In this document: one piece after another, positions 1 to 11,997 of the stretch | Numbering within the stretch: position 1 is the first letter of the stretch | Layout: each line of letters opens with the position of its first letter | Assembly (NCBI GenBank): GCA_963716885.1 | Contig: CAVQUL010000008.1 | Coordinates: 36,551 to 100,550, forward strand | DNA length: 64,000 bases | Reading direction: 5' to 3' | From: an uncultured Chitinophagaceae bacterium | Lineage (GTDB): Bacteria > Bacteroidota > Bacteroidia > Chitinophagales > Chitinophagaceae | Translations under genes and position numbers: made by a program | The notes under the pieces: model-generated | The model's database searches: none | Seen by the model: only the letters and a program-made list of their open reading frames with translations | Told to the model about the DNA's origin: nothing

Positions 1-231
1 AATCATTTGTTCTTGAACAGGACCATAAGCTTCTGCAAAAGGAATATTAATTGTCTTAACATCACCTACTTTCATATTCATAACTCCGTCATCAAATCCA
101 GGAATTACCATACCACTTCCAACTTCAAATTCTAAAGGTTCTCTTTGTTTTGATGAATCAAATATGCTTCCATCGTTTAAAGTTCCATGATAATGAACTT
201 TAATTGTATCTCCATTTTTTACTACTTCCAT
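1..231 (-). CDS. FKBP-type peptidyl-prolyl isomerase (SlyD-like); N-terminal part only, runs off the window edge
   Basis: Hand translation of the reverse strand from ATG (231..229) gives MEVVKNGDTIKVHYHGTLNDGSIFDSSKQREPLEFEVGSGMVIPGFDDGVMNMKVGDVKTINIPFAEAYGP..., the FKBP core pattern. It is absent from the ORF track because the window truncates it. Confidence 0.6.
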   Translation of the reverse strand, partial: MEVVKNGDTIKVHYHGTLNDGSIFDSSKQREPLEFEVGSGMVIPGFDDGVMNMKVGDVKTINIPFAEAYGPVQEQMI

Positions 232-358
232 ATTTTTGTTTTTATAGTTGTTGGCAAAGAAAGGAAAACTTGTATTATGTTCGCAGAAACTAGTATTATT
301 TAACTGTTACCTATAAGATTTATGACATTAATTCATCAATTCTTAGATATTTAAAATT

Positions 359-1159
359 ATGCAGGCAAAATTTTTAAAGGATTTATTTATCAACCAAGAT
401 TATCCCTCAAACAATTTTTTTTTAATTGCTGGTCCATGTGTTGTTGAAGGTGAGGAAATTGTTTTTGAAATTGCTGAAAAAGTTTCAAAAATTTGTAAAC
501 AACTAGAAATACCTTACATATTTAAAGCATCTTACAAAAAAGCTAATAGAACCAGTTTAAATTCTTTTACTGGAATAGGAGATGAGTTAGGTTTAGAATT
601 AATTAAAAAAACTGGGGAGAAATTTAATGTTCCAACAATTACTGATGTTCACACAGCAGAAGAATGTGCTATTGCTGCAAAATATGTAGATGTGTTGCAA
701 ATTCCTGCTTTCTTATGCAGACAAACAGATTTATTGATAGCTGCTGCAGCAACTGGCAAAATTGTTAATATTAAAAAAGGTCAATTTTTAAGTGGTCCAT
801 CAATGAAGTTTGCTGCCGATAAAGTAAATCATGCAGGCAATGAAAAAGTAATGTTAACTGAAAGAGGTACAACATTTGGATATCAAGATTTGGTGGTTGA
901 TTATAGAAATATTCCTTTGATGCAAGAAGCTGGATGTCCTGTTGTTATGGATGTTACACATAGTTTACAACAACCCAATCAAACTTCAGGAATTACAGGA
1001 GGAAACCCAGAACTTATTGCAACTATTGCAAAAGCTGCAATTGCAACAGGTGCTGAGGGGTTGTTTATAGAAACTCATCCAAATCCTGCAACTGCAAAAA
1101 GTGATGGTGCCAATATGTTGCAACTTAGATTTGTTAGAGGATTTATTACAAGCAATTAG
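359..1159 (+). CDS. kdsA: 3-deoxy-8-phosphooctulonate (KDO-8-P) synthase
   Basis: The 266-aa ORF looks KdsA-like along its whole length (LIAGPCVVE, FKASYKKANRTS, VTHSLQQP). The last ~12 aa look out of frame; a shift near 1125 gives an LDLLEDLLQAISK-type C-terminus. Confidence 0.85.
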   Translation: MQAKFLKDLFINQDYPSNNFFLIAGPCVVEGEEIVFEIAEKVSKICKQLEIPYIFKASYKKANRTSLNSFTGIGDELGLELIKKTGEKFNVPTITDVHTAEECAIAAKYVDVLQIPAFLCRQTDLLIAAAATGKIVNIKKGQFLSGPSMKFAADKVNHAGNEKVMLTERGTTFGYQDLVVDYRNIPLMQEAGCPVVMDVTHSLQQPNQTSGITGGNPELIATIAKAAIATGAEGLFIETHPNPATAKSDGANMLQLRFVRGFITSN

Positions 1160-1209
1160 TAAAAATTAGACAAGCAGTAATATAATATTATATACAATAA
1201 ATTAAAATA

Positions 1210-1977
1210 ATGAATTTACAATTAGAAAGACCCATTGCATTTATTGATTTAGAAACAACAGGCGTAAATATTGGTAATGATAGAATTGTTGAAATAGCAA
1301 TTGTAAAAATTTCACCTGATGGTTCTAAACAAGTGAAAAGAAAATTGATTAATCCAACTATGCCAATCCCGCCATCATCTACAGAAATTCATGGTATTAC
1401 TGATGATATGGTTAAAGATGCTCCAACATTTAAGCAAGTTGCTAATGAAGTAAAACAATTTATTGAACATTGTGATTTGGCTGGCTATAATAGCAATCGT
1501 TTCGATATTCCAATGTTGGTAGAAGAATTTTTAAGATGCGATTTAAATATTGATATTGAAAATAGAAAACTTCTTGATGTACAAAAAGTATATCATATGA
1601 TGGAGCAAAGAACTTTAAGTGCAGCCTACAAATTCTATTGTAATAAAGAATTAACAGATGCCCATAGTGCAGAAGTTGATGCAACTGCTACTTATGAAGT
1701 TTTAGAATCTCAAATAGAAAAATATAAACAATTAGGCAACACGGTTGAGAGTATTGTAAAATTTACAGGAGAAGAAGAAATTGTAGATTTCTCAAGAAGA
1801 TTTATTAAAGAAAATGGTATTGAAATATTCAATTTTGGAAAGCACAAAGGAAAACCTGTAACAAAAGTTTTGAAAGAAGAACCACAATATTATGATTGGA
1901 TGATGAGAGGAGATTTTGCTCTACACACAAAACAAAAATTGACTGAAATTTTGAATAGAACTTTATTGAAGAAATAA
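1210..1977 (+). CDS. DnaQ/Pol III epsilon-family 3'-5' exonuclease with C-terminal extension
   Basis: Exo motifs are present: FIDLETTG (DxE), GYNSNRFDIPML, HSAEVDATAT (HxxxD). Confidence 0.8.
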   Translation: MNLQLERPIAFIDLETTGVNIGNDRIVEIAIVKISPDGSKQVKRKLINPTMPIPPSSTEIHGITDDMVKDAPTFKQVANEVKQFIEHCDLAGYNSNRFDIPMLVEEFLRCDLNIDIENRKLLDVQKVYHMMEQRTLSAAYKFYCNKELTDAHSAEVDATATYEVLESQIEKYKQLGNTVESIVKFTGEEEIVDFSRRFIKENGIEIFNFGKHKGKPVTKVLKEEPQYYDWMMRGDFALHTKQKLTEILNRTLLKK

Positions 1978-1983
1978 GTGTTT

Positions 1984-2863
1984 ATGCAAAAGCCACTCAT
2001 TTTAGTTACAGGTAAAGATGGTCAGTTAGGATTTGAATTAAATCAGATTCGAAATGACTTCAACAATTCATTTGATTTTTTATTTGTTGGTAGACAAGAA
2101 TTGGATTTATCAAAACCTGAAACAGTTTCTTCATTTATAAAAAATCATCAACCGAAATTTTTAATTAATTGTGCAGCATATACAGCTGTTGATAAAGCTG
2201 AAACTGAAGTAGAGCTTGCTTTTGAAATAAATTCAAGTTCACCTAGTGAAATGGCAAAAGCTTGTAAAGAAATCAATTGCCAACTAATACATATCAGTAC
2301 AGATTATGTTTTTGATGGAGAAAAAAAGGCTCCTTATCAAACAGCAGATAAAACAAATCCTATAAATGTTTATGGAACTTCTAAAGCAAAAGGAGAGGAG
2401 TTAATTCTTGAGAATAATCCAAAAGCAATTATCATTCGTACATCTTGGGTGTATTCTTCTCATGGAAAAAACTTTGTAAAAACCATGATGAAATTAATGA
2501 GGGAAAAAGAAGAAATAAGTGTTGTAGAAGATCAAATTGGTAATCCAACAAATGCAGCAGATTTAGCTAAAGCAATTTTGCAAATAGTTACAAAGTTGAA
2601 TGATAATAGTACTTTCAATCATTCATCAATTTATCACTATTCTAATACTGGAAATATTTCTTGGTTTCAATTCGCAAAAGAAATTCAAGGAATAATAAAA
2701 GTCTACTTGTATTGTTCATCCAATTCCTAGTTCAAATTTTCCAACACCAGCAAAGCGTTCATCATATTCTGTATTAGATTGTACTGATATTCAAAAAGAC
2801 TTTGGTGTTGAAATAAAAAACTGGGAAGCTAGCCTAAAAAAGTTAATTGGTTTAATGATTTAA
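1984..2863 (+). pseudogene. rfbD: dTDP-4-dehydrorhamnose reductase; frame broken once in this sequence
   Basis: ILVTGKDGQLG Rossmann start and YGTSKAKGE (YxxxK). The C-terminal part (...CIVHPIPSSNFPTPAKRSSYSVLDC...) continues in another frame to the stop at 2861-2863. One A fewer in the A4 run 2697-2700 restores the frame. Confidence 0.85.
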
Positions 2864-2928
2864 AAGTTTAAAAGTAAATTTGATAACAAATTAACAAATC
2901 AACCAATCAACAAATAAACTTAAATAGA

Positions 2929-4351
2929 ATGCCTCACGAAGCCATTTCAGTTTTCGATATGTTTAAAATTGGTGTAGGACCCAGTAGTTCTCATACTTTA
3001 GGGCCTTGGCGTGCTGCAATGGAAGTTGTGAAAATCATCAAAGCAAAAACTAAGTTTGAAGAAGTTTCTACTATCAATGTTTTACTTTATGGGTCACTTG
3101 CTAAAACTGGTAGAGGTCATGGAACTGATGTTGCAGTTTTATTAGGGTTGTGTAATGAAGATCCTGTAACAATAGATGTAAATAGTATTGATGATAAAAT
3201 TAATTACATATATACGAATCATCAATTGAATTTGGGAAATGAAGTTTATGTGCCTTTTAACCCACATATTAATATCCAGTTTTTAAGCACAGAAACTTTA
3301 GAGTTTCATCCAAATGGGATGAGCTTCTTAATAGAACTCAGTAATGGCAATAGTTTCAGTGAAACATTTTTTTCAATTGGAGGAGGATTTGTAGTGAAAG
3401 AAGGTGAAGAAACTGTTTTTAGTACACAAGTAGAATTACCATTTCCTATTAACACTTCAAAAGATTTAGTGCATTGGTGTATGAAAACAGGAATGTCTAT
3501 CAGTGAAGTTGTGATGGAAAATGAAAATGCATGGAGAACTGAAAAAGAAACTATTGATGGTGTATTAAATATTTGGAAAACCATGCAGGAGTGCATTTAC
3601 AGAGGTTGTCATTCAAGAGGAATTTTACCAGGAGGATTAAATGTAAAACGTAGAGCTGCAGATTTGAATAAAAAATTATTAAATGGTAAAACCTATAACA
3701 ATTTTGAAGAATGGTTAGCTTGTATTAAAACTGGTGGTCATCAATTTAATTATATACTAGATTGGGTGAGTTGTTTTGCTTTGGCTGTGAATGAAGAGAA
3801 TGCCAATTTTGGTAGAGTAGTTACTGCACCAACCAATGGAGCTGCAGGAGTTATTCCAGCTGTATTAATGTATTATAAATTGTTTTGTGATGTAGAGGAT
3901 GAAATAATGATTGTTAAGTTCTTATTAATAGCATCAGAAGTTGGTAGTATTTTTAAAAAAGGAGCAACTATTTCTGCAGCAATGGGTGGTTGTCAAGCTG
4001 AAATTGGAGTAAGTCAGTGCAATGGCTGCAGCAGCATTAACTGAATGTTTAGGAGGCACACAAAAGCAAGCTTTAATGGCTGCAGAAATTGCTATGGAAC
4101 ATCATTTAGGATTAACCTGTGATCCAATAGCTGGGTTAGTTCAGATACCTTGTATTGAAAGAAATACTATGGGAGCAATAAAAGCTATAACTGCTTGTCA
4201 GCTTGCTTTACAAGGTACTCCAGATTTTGCAAAAGTAAGTTTAGATAAAGTAATTGAAACCATGTGGCAAACTGCTTTAGATATGAATACTAAATACAAA
4301 GAAACTGCAGATGGTGGTCTAGCTTTATCTGTTAATTTATCTGAATGTTAA
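2929..4351 (+). pseudogene. sdaA: L-serine ammonia-lyase (Fe-S type, fused alpha/beta); frame broken once
   Basis: [15 protein letters not shown] start. ORFs 2929-4044 and 4022-4351 are consecutive parts of one protein (...CQAEIGVS / AMAAAALTE...). Confidence 0.9.
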
Positions 4352-5506
4352 TTTAATGATGCTTTATTGAATTCAATGTTTGAATAATCTGTAATTACAT
4401 TATACAATGTATCTCTTTCAATTGGTGTTCTTTTCACTTGTTTTATTAGAGTTAACTAACTCTTCTGTATTCATAGATGGATTTTGTTCTTCACTTCCAG
4501 CCATACTATAAATTTTTGTTGTATCATCAATGGTTCCATCAATGTCATTTACCCCAAAACTTAAAGAAAGTTGTGCATTATTTCTACCCAACATTGGCCA
4601 ATATGCTTTAATGTGAGGGAAATTATCTAGGTACAATCTACTAATAGCATACACTTTCATATCCTCAATTACACTAGATTCAACAATATTACTCATACCA
4701 TTATCTTTATTTCTAAACTTTAATGGAATAAAAGTATTAAAACCATTCAGTTTCATCTTGTAAGTTTCTTAATCGATCCATATGATCAATTTTGTGTTCG
4801 AATTTTTCAATATGACCAAATAACATTGTTGCATTACTATGCATACCTAGTTTGATGAGCAGTTTTATGAATGTTTAACCATCCATCAGCATCAACCTTA
4901 TCTTCACAAATTTGAGTTCTAATTTCTGGATGAAAAATTTCTGCACCACCACCAGGTAATGAATCTAAGCCAGCTTCTTGAGATAAGTTTTAAACCTTCT
5001 TCTGTACTCACTTTGGCTTTTCTAAACATATAATCTAATTCAACTGCAGTAAAACCTTTGATATGTAATGAAGGACGATGAGCTTTTATTTTTTGTAGTA
5101 ATTCTAAGAAGAATGGAAGATTTAATTTAGGATGAACACCACCAACAATATGCACTTCAGTAACAGGTTGATTATCGTATGACTTTACAATATCCATCAT
5201 TTGTTCAATACTTAATTCCCAACCTTCTTCTCTATTTGCATATAAACGTGAGTAAGAACAAAAATTGCAACTAAACACACAAACATTGGTAGGCTCAATA
5301 TGAAAATTTCTATTGAAATAAGTGATATCTCCATGTTTTTGTTCACGAACATAATTAGCTAAAGCTCCAACAAAAGCTAATGAGCCTTTTTCAAAGAGTA
5401 AAACACCATCTTCAAAACTGATTCTTTGATGATCTAAAATTTTATTGGCAATTAGTTTTAAATCATTATCACTTGTTATGGCTAAAACTCTATCTAGATT
5501 GTTCAT
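4348..5506 (-). pseudogene. Radical SAM enzyme of the MqnE/MqnC/CofH family (futalosine-pathway type); frame broken at least 3 times
   Basis: CVFSCNFC (Cx3Cx2C) in the N-terminal ORF 4919-5506. Fragments in other frames continue through 4418-4756. A further shift gives ...RTPIERDTLYNVITDY... ending at stop complement 4348-4350. Confidence 0.7.
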
Positions 5507-5641
5507 TTAACAATGTTTTGACAAAGGTAATTGGCTTTATGATTGTAGAAAACTGATTAAGGTTATTAATTGTGGAATCTTTATTTTTTTTATTGATAAT
5601 AAACATTTATTTCGCTACAAGTAAAGGATTAATTCAACATA

Positions 5642-6142
5642 ATGGAACCCGTAAATTTTCGATCGTTTTCACAAAAAGTTAGATTTCACAAAAAAGCATT
5701 TAAAAGATTTTTAGGAAAGTTAGACAAGAAGCCACCAAAAGATTTATTTAAAAATATTTCTTCAATTGAAAAACAAGTTTGGCAAGAAATTGATTGTTTA
5801 ACATGTGGTAATTGTTGTAAAAAAATGACACCCACATTCACAAATACTGACATCAAAAGAATTTCTAATCATCTTCAAATGACTGAAAAGGAATTTAAAG
5901 AAAAGTGGTTGTTTTATGATAAAGAAGATAAAGATTGGCAAAACACAACTCAGCCTTGTCAGTTCTTAGATATGAGCTCAAATATGTGTAGTATTTATGA
6001 AGTGAGGCCCTCAGATTGTTCAGGATTTCCACACTTTAATAAACGAAAGCCTGAGTTATATTTGCATGTTCATCAACAAAACATTGAGTATTGCCCTGCA
6101 ACGTATAGAATGGTTGAACAACTTAAGAAAATTTATAATTAG
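5642..6142 (+). CDS. YkgJ-family cysteine-cluster protein
   Basis: CLTCGNCCKK plus a downstream C...C...C cluster typical of the YkgJ/UPF0153 family. Confidence 0.6.
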   Translation: MEPVNFRSFSQKVRFHKKAFKRFLGKLDKKPPKDLFKNISSIEKQVWQEIDCLTCGNCCKKMTPTFTNTDIKRISNHLQMTEKEFKEKWLFYDKEDKDWQNTTQPCQFLDMSSNMCSIYEVRPSDCSGFPHFNKRKPELYLHVHQQNIEYCPATYRMVEQLKKIYN

Positions 6143-6241
6143 TTTCATTAGTTTTGCATCTTCTCAAATTAACTTCACTATCATTTAAGTTAGATTGAGA
6201 AGTTTTTCATTTTATTTCACTAGAAGGTTTAAAAAATTTAT

Positions 6242-7498
6242 ATGCATATTAAGAAAAGAACTTCGTGTAGAGTATGTGGCTCAAAATCTTTGACTCCTGT
6301 AATTGATTTAGGACCACAATATTTGCAAGGGTCTTTTGTAAAACCTGGTAAAGAAATGCCATCTACCAGAAAAATTAATTGTTCATTGGTAAGATGCAAT
6401 CCACAAGTTGATGAAAATGCATGTGGTTTATTGCAAATGGAACATAGTGTGCCTCCTGAAATTTTGTATGCAGCATATTGGTATAGAAGTGGTACAAATG
6501 CAACGATGAGAAATCATTTGAAAGAAATTGTTGATAGTACTCTTAAACTATTAAAAAAAGAAAATTGTAAGGTTTTAGATATTGGCTGTAATGATGGAAC
6601 TTTATTAAATTATTATCCAACAAGTTGGGAAAAATTTGGCTGCGATCCTAGTGATGTTGCACAAGAAGTAAAAGGTGCAACAGTTGTTCAAGATATATTT
6701 CCATCTGCAGAATTATTTAATGCAATGGGTAATAACAAAATGGATGTAGTTACTTCAATTGCTATGTTTTATGATCTTGAAAATCCTGTAGAATTCTGTA
6801 AAGGCATAAAAAAATATTTATCTCCAGAAGGTATTTGGGTTTTTGAAATGAGCTATATGCCAAAAATGTTGGCATTAGATAGCTACGATACAATTTGTCA
6901 CGAACATTTAGAATTTTACAGTTTAGCAGTTTTGGAGAAAATTGTTAGCATGGCAGAAATGAAAATTTTTAAAATTGTTTTCAATGATATTAATGGAGGA
7001 AGTATAAGATGTTATGCAACTCATAAAGAGAGTAGTCTTTATACGAATGCTGCAGACCATAAATTCATGAACGAGATAAGACAAGAAGAGTTTGATTTAG
7101 AATTGGATACAGATAAACCCTATGTTGCTTTTCAATATAGAATTGAAAAAGTTAAAAATGAATTGCACGATTTATTAGTAAAGTTTAAGCAAGAAGGGAA
7201 AAAAGTTCATATTTATGGAGCATCTACAAAAGGAAATACAATTTTACAATGGTGTGATATTAATAGTATGTTGGTAGAATATGCTGCAGAAAGAAATCCT
7301 GATAAATATGGAGCTTACACTCTTGGAACTAATATTCCTATTATTAGTGAAGCAGAAAGTAGAGCAATGAATCCTGACTATTACTTAGTCTTGCCTTGGC
7401 ATTTTAAAGCAGAATTTATTGAAAGAGAAAAAGAAGCATTAGAAAAAGGTACTGGATTTATTTTCCCAATTCCTACTATTGATATTTATAAAAAGTAA
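6242..7498 (+). CDS. SAM-dependent NDP-sugar C-methyltransferase-like protein (Zn-ribbon + class I MTase + C-methyltransferase C-domain)
   Basis: N-terminal CRVCGS Zn-ribbon, VLDIGCNDG SAM motif, ~420 aa. This is the architecture of TylCIII-type sugar C-methyltransferases. Confidence 0.7.
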   Translation: MHIKKRTSCRVCGSKSLTPVIDLGPQYLQGSFVKPGKEMPSTRKINCSLVRCNPQVDENACGLLQMEHSVPPEILYAAYWYRSGTNATMRNHLKEIVDSTLKLLKKENCKVLDIGCNDGTLLNYYPTSWEKFGCDPSDVAQEVKGATVVQDIFPSAELFNAMGNNKMDVVTSIAMFYDLENPVEFCKGIKKYLSPEGIWVFEMSYMPKMLALDSYDTICHEHLEFYSLAVLEKIVSMAEMKIFKIVFNDINGGSIRCYATHKESSLYTNAADHKFMNEIRQEEFDLELDTDKPYVAFQYRIEKVKNELHDLLVKFKQEGKKVHIYGASTKGNTILQWCDINSMLVEYAAERNPDKYGAYTLGTNIPIISEAESRAMNPDYYLVLPWHFKAEFIEREKEALEKGTGFIFPIPTIDIYKK

Positions 7499-8304
7499 TG
7501 ATGATAAAAAAGATATTAATCAATTTATTTGAAAAACTTGGGTTTGCAGTTAAGTTCTACAATTTAAGAAAATATAATAAATTTAAAGTAAGTTCCGATA
7601 AACAAAATCTAGATTTATTCAATACTCCAACTGGTAAATATTATTTGCCTTCTTATTTAAAAAAAGATACAGTTGCACAAACAATAAAATCTGGTGAAAT
7701 TTTCGAAAAAGAAATTATTGAAGTTGCCAAAAAATATATTAAAGAAAATCAGTCAATTCTAGATATTGGGGCTAATTATGGACAAATGACAGTAGTATTA
7801 TCTAAGCATGTGGCTAAACTTGGTAATGGAGTTGTTTATTCTTTCGAAGCAGAACCTTTTGTAGGAGAAATCCTTAGTCATAATATTCAATTAAATGAAT
7901 GTAATAATGTAAAGAAAGTTTTAAAAGCAGTTTATCATAAAAATGCAGAAAAACTTTTTTTCCCAAATCCAGATTTTAAAAAATTCTCTGCATTCGGTTC
8001 ATATGGAATTGATCCTGCAGCAAAAAATGGTAGAACTGTTGAAACAATAACAATAGATAGTTTAAATATTCAAGAACCTATTTGTTTTATTAAAGTTGAT
8101 ATTCAGGGTTGTGATTTATTTGCTTTACAAGGAGCTGTAGAAACAATTAAACGATATAAGCCTGTAATAATTTTTGAATTTGAAGAACAGTTTCAAGAAG
8201 AATTCAACACTACATTTAATGATTATGTAGAATTTGTGAGAAGTATTGATTACAAGTTTGTAAGTACACACATGAACATTAATTTTCTGATCATGCCCAA
8301 TTAA
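7498..8304 (+). CDS. FkbM-family methyltransferase
   Basis: ILDIGANYGQ motif, typical FkbM length and layout, start overlaps the upstream stop. Confidence 0.7.
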   Translation: MMIKKILINLFEKLGFAVKFYNLRKYNKFKVSSDKQNLDLFNTPTGKYYLPSYLKKDTVAQTIKSGEIFEKEIIEVAKKYIKENQSILDIGANYGQMTVVLSKHVAKLGNGVVYSFEAEPFVGEILSHNIQLNECNNVKKVLKAVYHKNAEKLFFPNPDFKKFSAFGSYGIDPAAKNGRTVETITIDSLNIQEPICFIKVDIQGCDLFALQGAVETIKRYKPVIIFEFEEQFQEEFNTTFNDYVEFVRSIDYKFVSTHMNINFLIMPN

Positions 8305-8315
8305 TTAAGCCAAAG

Positions 8316-9020
8316 ATGAACCTGACTCGTTTTTTAATGAAATTGCAAAATGGCTTAAATGTTGTTTTAAACAAAGGTTTTGCTACTTATGCTCAATCTG
8401 GCGAGGATGTAATAATTAAATATTTATTTGATAGTATCAACATTAATAAACCTTCCTATCTTGATATTGGAACTAATCATCCAATAAAAGGAAATAATAC
8501 TTATTTCTTTTATCTTAGAAAGAGCTTTGGAGTTTGTATTGAACCAGATATTACTTTAATTGATAGGATTAAAAAATATAGAAAGAATGATATTATTTTA
8601 AATGTTGGTATAGGTATAACAGAAGAAAAAAATGCATCTTTTTATTATTTTGATGGAGAAATAAGTGCATGGAATACTTTTTCTTTAGATGAAGCAGAGA
8701 ACAGAAAGAAACAATCTGGAATCAGTTATAAAAAATCTTTTGTTGAACTAATGTCAATAAATACAATTGTTGATAATTATTTTAACGGAAAGGTAAATTT
8801 TGTTTCTATTGATGTTGAGGGCTTAGACTTAGAAATTTTAAAAAGTTTTGATTTTAATAAATATCAACCAGAAGTTATTTGTGTAGAAACAATATTGTTT
8901 AGCTTAAAAAATAATGTTTCTAAAAATCAAGAAATCATAGACTACATGAAATCTAATAATTATATAGTATATGCAGATACTAATATTAATACAATTTTTT
9001 GTAGAAAAGACTTGTTTTAA
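8316..9020 (+). CDS. FkbM-family methyltransferase (second copy)
   Basis: YLDIGTNHP motif and ...SIDVEGLDLEILK..., typical of FkbM proteins. Confidence 0.65.
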   Translation: MNLTRFLMKLQNGLNVVLNKGFATYAQSGEDVIIKYLFDSININKPSYLDIGTNHPIKGNNTYFFYLRKSFGVCIEPDITLIDRIKKYRKNDIILNVGIGITEEKNASFYYFDGEISAWNTFSLDEAENRKKQSGISYKKSFVELMSINTIVDNYFNGKVNFVSIDVEGLDLEILKSFDFNKYQPEVICVETILFSLKNNVSKNQEIIDYMKSNNYIVYADTNINTIFCRKDLF

Positions 9021-9895
9021 TGAATGGAAATGCAATCATATTTGGAGCTAATGGTCAAGATGGTTATTATTTAAACCAGCTTTTAGTTGACCTTAATTAT
9101 AATGTTATAGGCGTTTCTAAGAATGGCAACTTTTTGAAAACTGATATTACAAATTATAATGAAGTTGCTCAATTAATACAACAATATTCACCAAAATTTG
9201 TTTTTCATTTAGCTGCAAATTCAACAACAAATCATAATGCTTTATTCGAAAATCATCAAACAATTAGTACTGGTACTTTAAACATTTTAGAGGCGGTTAA
9301 AAATTTTTCTGAAAATACAAAAGTTTTCATCTCTGGTTCTGGGCTGCAGTTTGTAAATAATGGGAATCCTATTAAAGAAACAGATTTATTTGAAGCTCGA
9401 GATGCTTACACTGTTTCTAGAATTCAAAGTGTTTATGCTTCTAGATATTACAGAAGACAATTTGATTTAAAAGTTTATGTTGGTTACTTTTTTAATCATG
9501 ATAGTCCAAGAAGAAGTGAAAGACATATCAATAAAAAAATTATAGAAACTGCTAAAAGAATTAAAAATGGCAGTAAAGAAAAATTACTGATTGGAGATTT
9601 ATCAGTAAAAAAAGAGTTTGGTGATTCTGAAGATATAGTAAAGGGCATAATGACTTTAATTAATCAAGAAGAAATATTTGAAGCTACCATTGGAACTGGA
9701 AATGCATACTCTATAAAAGATTGGGTTGAAATTGTATTTAATTATTTTGGGTTGAATTGGGAAGAACATATTGAAAAATCTACAAATTTTAAAAGCGATT
9801 ATAAAATATTAGTTTCTAATCCATCTACAATCAATAATCTTGGCTGGCAACCAAAATTTTCAATAGAAGATTTAGCTAAAAAAATGTGTAGCTAA
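9020..9895 (+). CDS. NAD-dependent epimerase/dehydratase (GDP-mannose 4,6-dehydratase-like)
   Basis: IIFGANGQDGYYL glycine-rich start resembles the GITGQDGSYL of GDP-mannose dehydratases. SDR-like length. Confidence 0.65.
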   Translation: MNGNAIIFGANGQDGYYLNQLLVDLNYNVIGVSKNGNFLKTDITNYNEVAQLIQQYSPKFVFHLAANSTTNHNALFENHQTISTGTLNILEAVKNFSENTKVFISGSGLQFVNNGNPIKETDLFEARDAYTVSRIQSVYASRYYRRQFDLKVYVGYFFNHDSPRRSERHINKKIIETAKRIKNGSKEKLLIGDLSVKKEFGDSEDIVKGIMTLINQEEIFEATIGTGNAYSIKDWVEIVFNYFGLNWEEHIEKSTNFKSDYKILVSNPSTINNLGWQPKFSIEDLAKKMCS

Positions 9896-9896
9896 T

Positions 9897-11040
9897 ATGA
9901 AAAAAAAAATCCTGATTATAACAATTAATGATTTTATCATTTATCAGCCAACTGTTTTAAATCTTTATGATTTTTTAATTAAAAGATTTTGATGTTACTA
10001 TTCTTTCTTTCAAACCAAATTTTATTACTAAGCAAAAAGATGAAAGTAGAAATATTAAATATGTAGATACTAACCCACTACTTAAATTTTTATTTCAAAA
10101 AATTGATTTTGTTTTAGGTACACTTGTTACTCATCTTAAATAAAATATTTCCAAGTTTAAAATATCGTCATCTATATTATAATAATTATTTGCCCTTTGT
10201 TTTAGAAAAAGAATTGAAAGCTTTAAAAATCAAAGCAGATATTCATATTGCTGTAGATTTGATTGCATTACATGTTTCTCAAAATATTTATGGAAAAGTT
10301 CATTTTCTTTCATTGGAAATTGAAAATAATACACACCCGATTTATAAAAAAATTGATAGAAATAATATTTTGTCTGTATTTATTCAAAGTAAAAAAAGAT
10401 TTGAGTATTTATTTCCAAATTCAAATCTTCCAGTTTTTTATGTTCAAAATTCACCAGTATTTAAAAATGAATTTTCGAATCAAATAAGAGACAAGATTTT
10501 ATTTGGGCAGGAACAATACAAAAATCATTTTCAGTAATTGAGTGTATTGAATTTATTAATCAATGTAAAGATTTTCGATTAGTTTTAAAAGGTGGAAGTG
10601 AGAAAAAAACTTTGAAGTTAATTCATGAAAAATATGAACATTTAATTTCTCAAAAAAGATTAGTAATAAATCAAGAGTATCTTAAAGCAGAACAATTTCT
10701 AGATTTTATAGCAACTTTTAAAATCGGGTTTTGCTTTTATTCTTGGGAGTTGATAAATGAACATTTTAATTATGAATCAGCACCATCTGGAAAATTGTTT
10801 ATGTACATGGCAGCAGGTGTTCCAGTAATTGCAAGTAATATTTCAGCATTTAAAATTATTGAAGAATATGGAGCTGGTGTTTTAGTTGATGATTATAAAC
10901 CTGAAACTATTTTGCAAGCAGTAAAAAAAATTGAAAACAATTTTGATAAATATTCTCAAGCTTGTTATGTAATTGCTAGTAAATATAGTTTTGATAAAAC
11001 TGTGAAACCTTATATCGATTTTTTAAAAATCGAAAACTAA
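9897..11040 (+). pseudogene. Family 1 glycosyltransferase; broken into at least 3 frames
   Basis: MKKKILIITINDF... from ATG 9897, then ORFs 10124-10537 and 10612-11040. The last carries the GT1 C-domain pattern (ESAPSGKLFMYMAAGVPVIASN). Confidence 0.6.
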
Positions 11041-11048
11041 ATTTTGGT

Positions 11049-11993
11049 ATGAATACTCAACCTTTCATCTCCATCTGCATACCTGCTTATAAAAATTTAC
11101 TTTTCTTAGAAAGGCTTTTAAATTCTATAGAAGTACAAACATTCAGAGATTTTGAAGTTCTAATTACTGATGATTCACCAGATGATGAACTTAAAAATTT
11201 TACTTCAAATTTTCAAGCCAATTTTTCTATTCAATATTTTAAGAATAAAGTTTCATTAGGTACTCCTGAAAATTGGAATGAGGGCATTAGAAAAGCAACT
11301 GGGAAATGGATTAAAATTATGCATGATGATGATTGGTTTGTGAATGAAAAAAGTTTGGAAATATTTGCAAATGCTGCATTGCAGAACTCAAGCAAGTTTA
11401 TTTTCTCAGCATTTTGTAATATTTATTTAGATGAAAACAGAAATGAACAAGTTTTAGTAAATTCTAATTCGTTTAGATTTTTACAACTTAAAAATAATGC
11501 TGCTTCATTGCTATCTAAAAATATTATTGGTCCACCAAGTGTTACAATGCATTTAAATGATGGAAATATTTTTTATGATAATAAATTTAAGTGGTTAGTA
11601 GATATTGATTTTTATGCAAGAATAATTACCTCTAGTAATGTTGTTTATATCAAAGAGATTTTAATTAATGTAGGGCTAAGTAATGAACAAGTTACACAAT
11701 CATGTTTTAGAATTGCCAATGTTGAGATTCCTGAATATTTTTATTTCATGAATAAAATAGGTTATCATAATTTGAAAAATATTTTTGTTTATGATGCAAG
11801 TTGGAGATTAATTAGAAATTTGGAAATCCGAAATTTGAATCATATCAGAAATGCAGAATATTTAGGAGAAGTTAATACTGATATATATGCAATAGTAAAA
11901 TTTCAATCAAGGTTTTCAGTAAACATACTTAAAATAGGATTCATCTCGAAGTTAATGATGCTCATACATTACTTTTATTACAGATTAAAATAA
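11049..11993 (+). CDS. Family 2 glycosyltransferase
   Basis: ISICIPAYKN... and VLITDDSPDD (GT-A DxD region). Confidence 0.8.
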   Translation: MNTQPFISICIPAYKNLLFLERLLNSIEVQTFRDFEVLITDDSPDDELKNFTSNFQANFSIQYFKNKVSLGTPENWNEGIRKATGKWIKIMHDDDWFVNEKSLEIFANAALQNSSKFIFSAFCNIYLDENRNEQVLVNSNSFRFLQLKNNAASLLSKNIIGPPSVTMHLNDGNIFYDNKFKWLVDIDFYARIITSSNVVYIKEILINVGLSNEQVTQSCFRIANVEIPEYFYFMNKIGYHNLKNIFVYDASWRLIRNLEIRNLNHIRNAEYLGEVNTDIYAIVKFQSRFSVNILKIGFISKLMMLIHYFYYRLK

Positions 11994-11997
11994 TTCA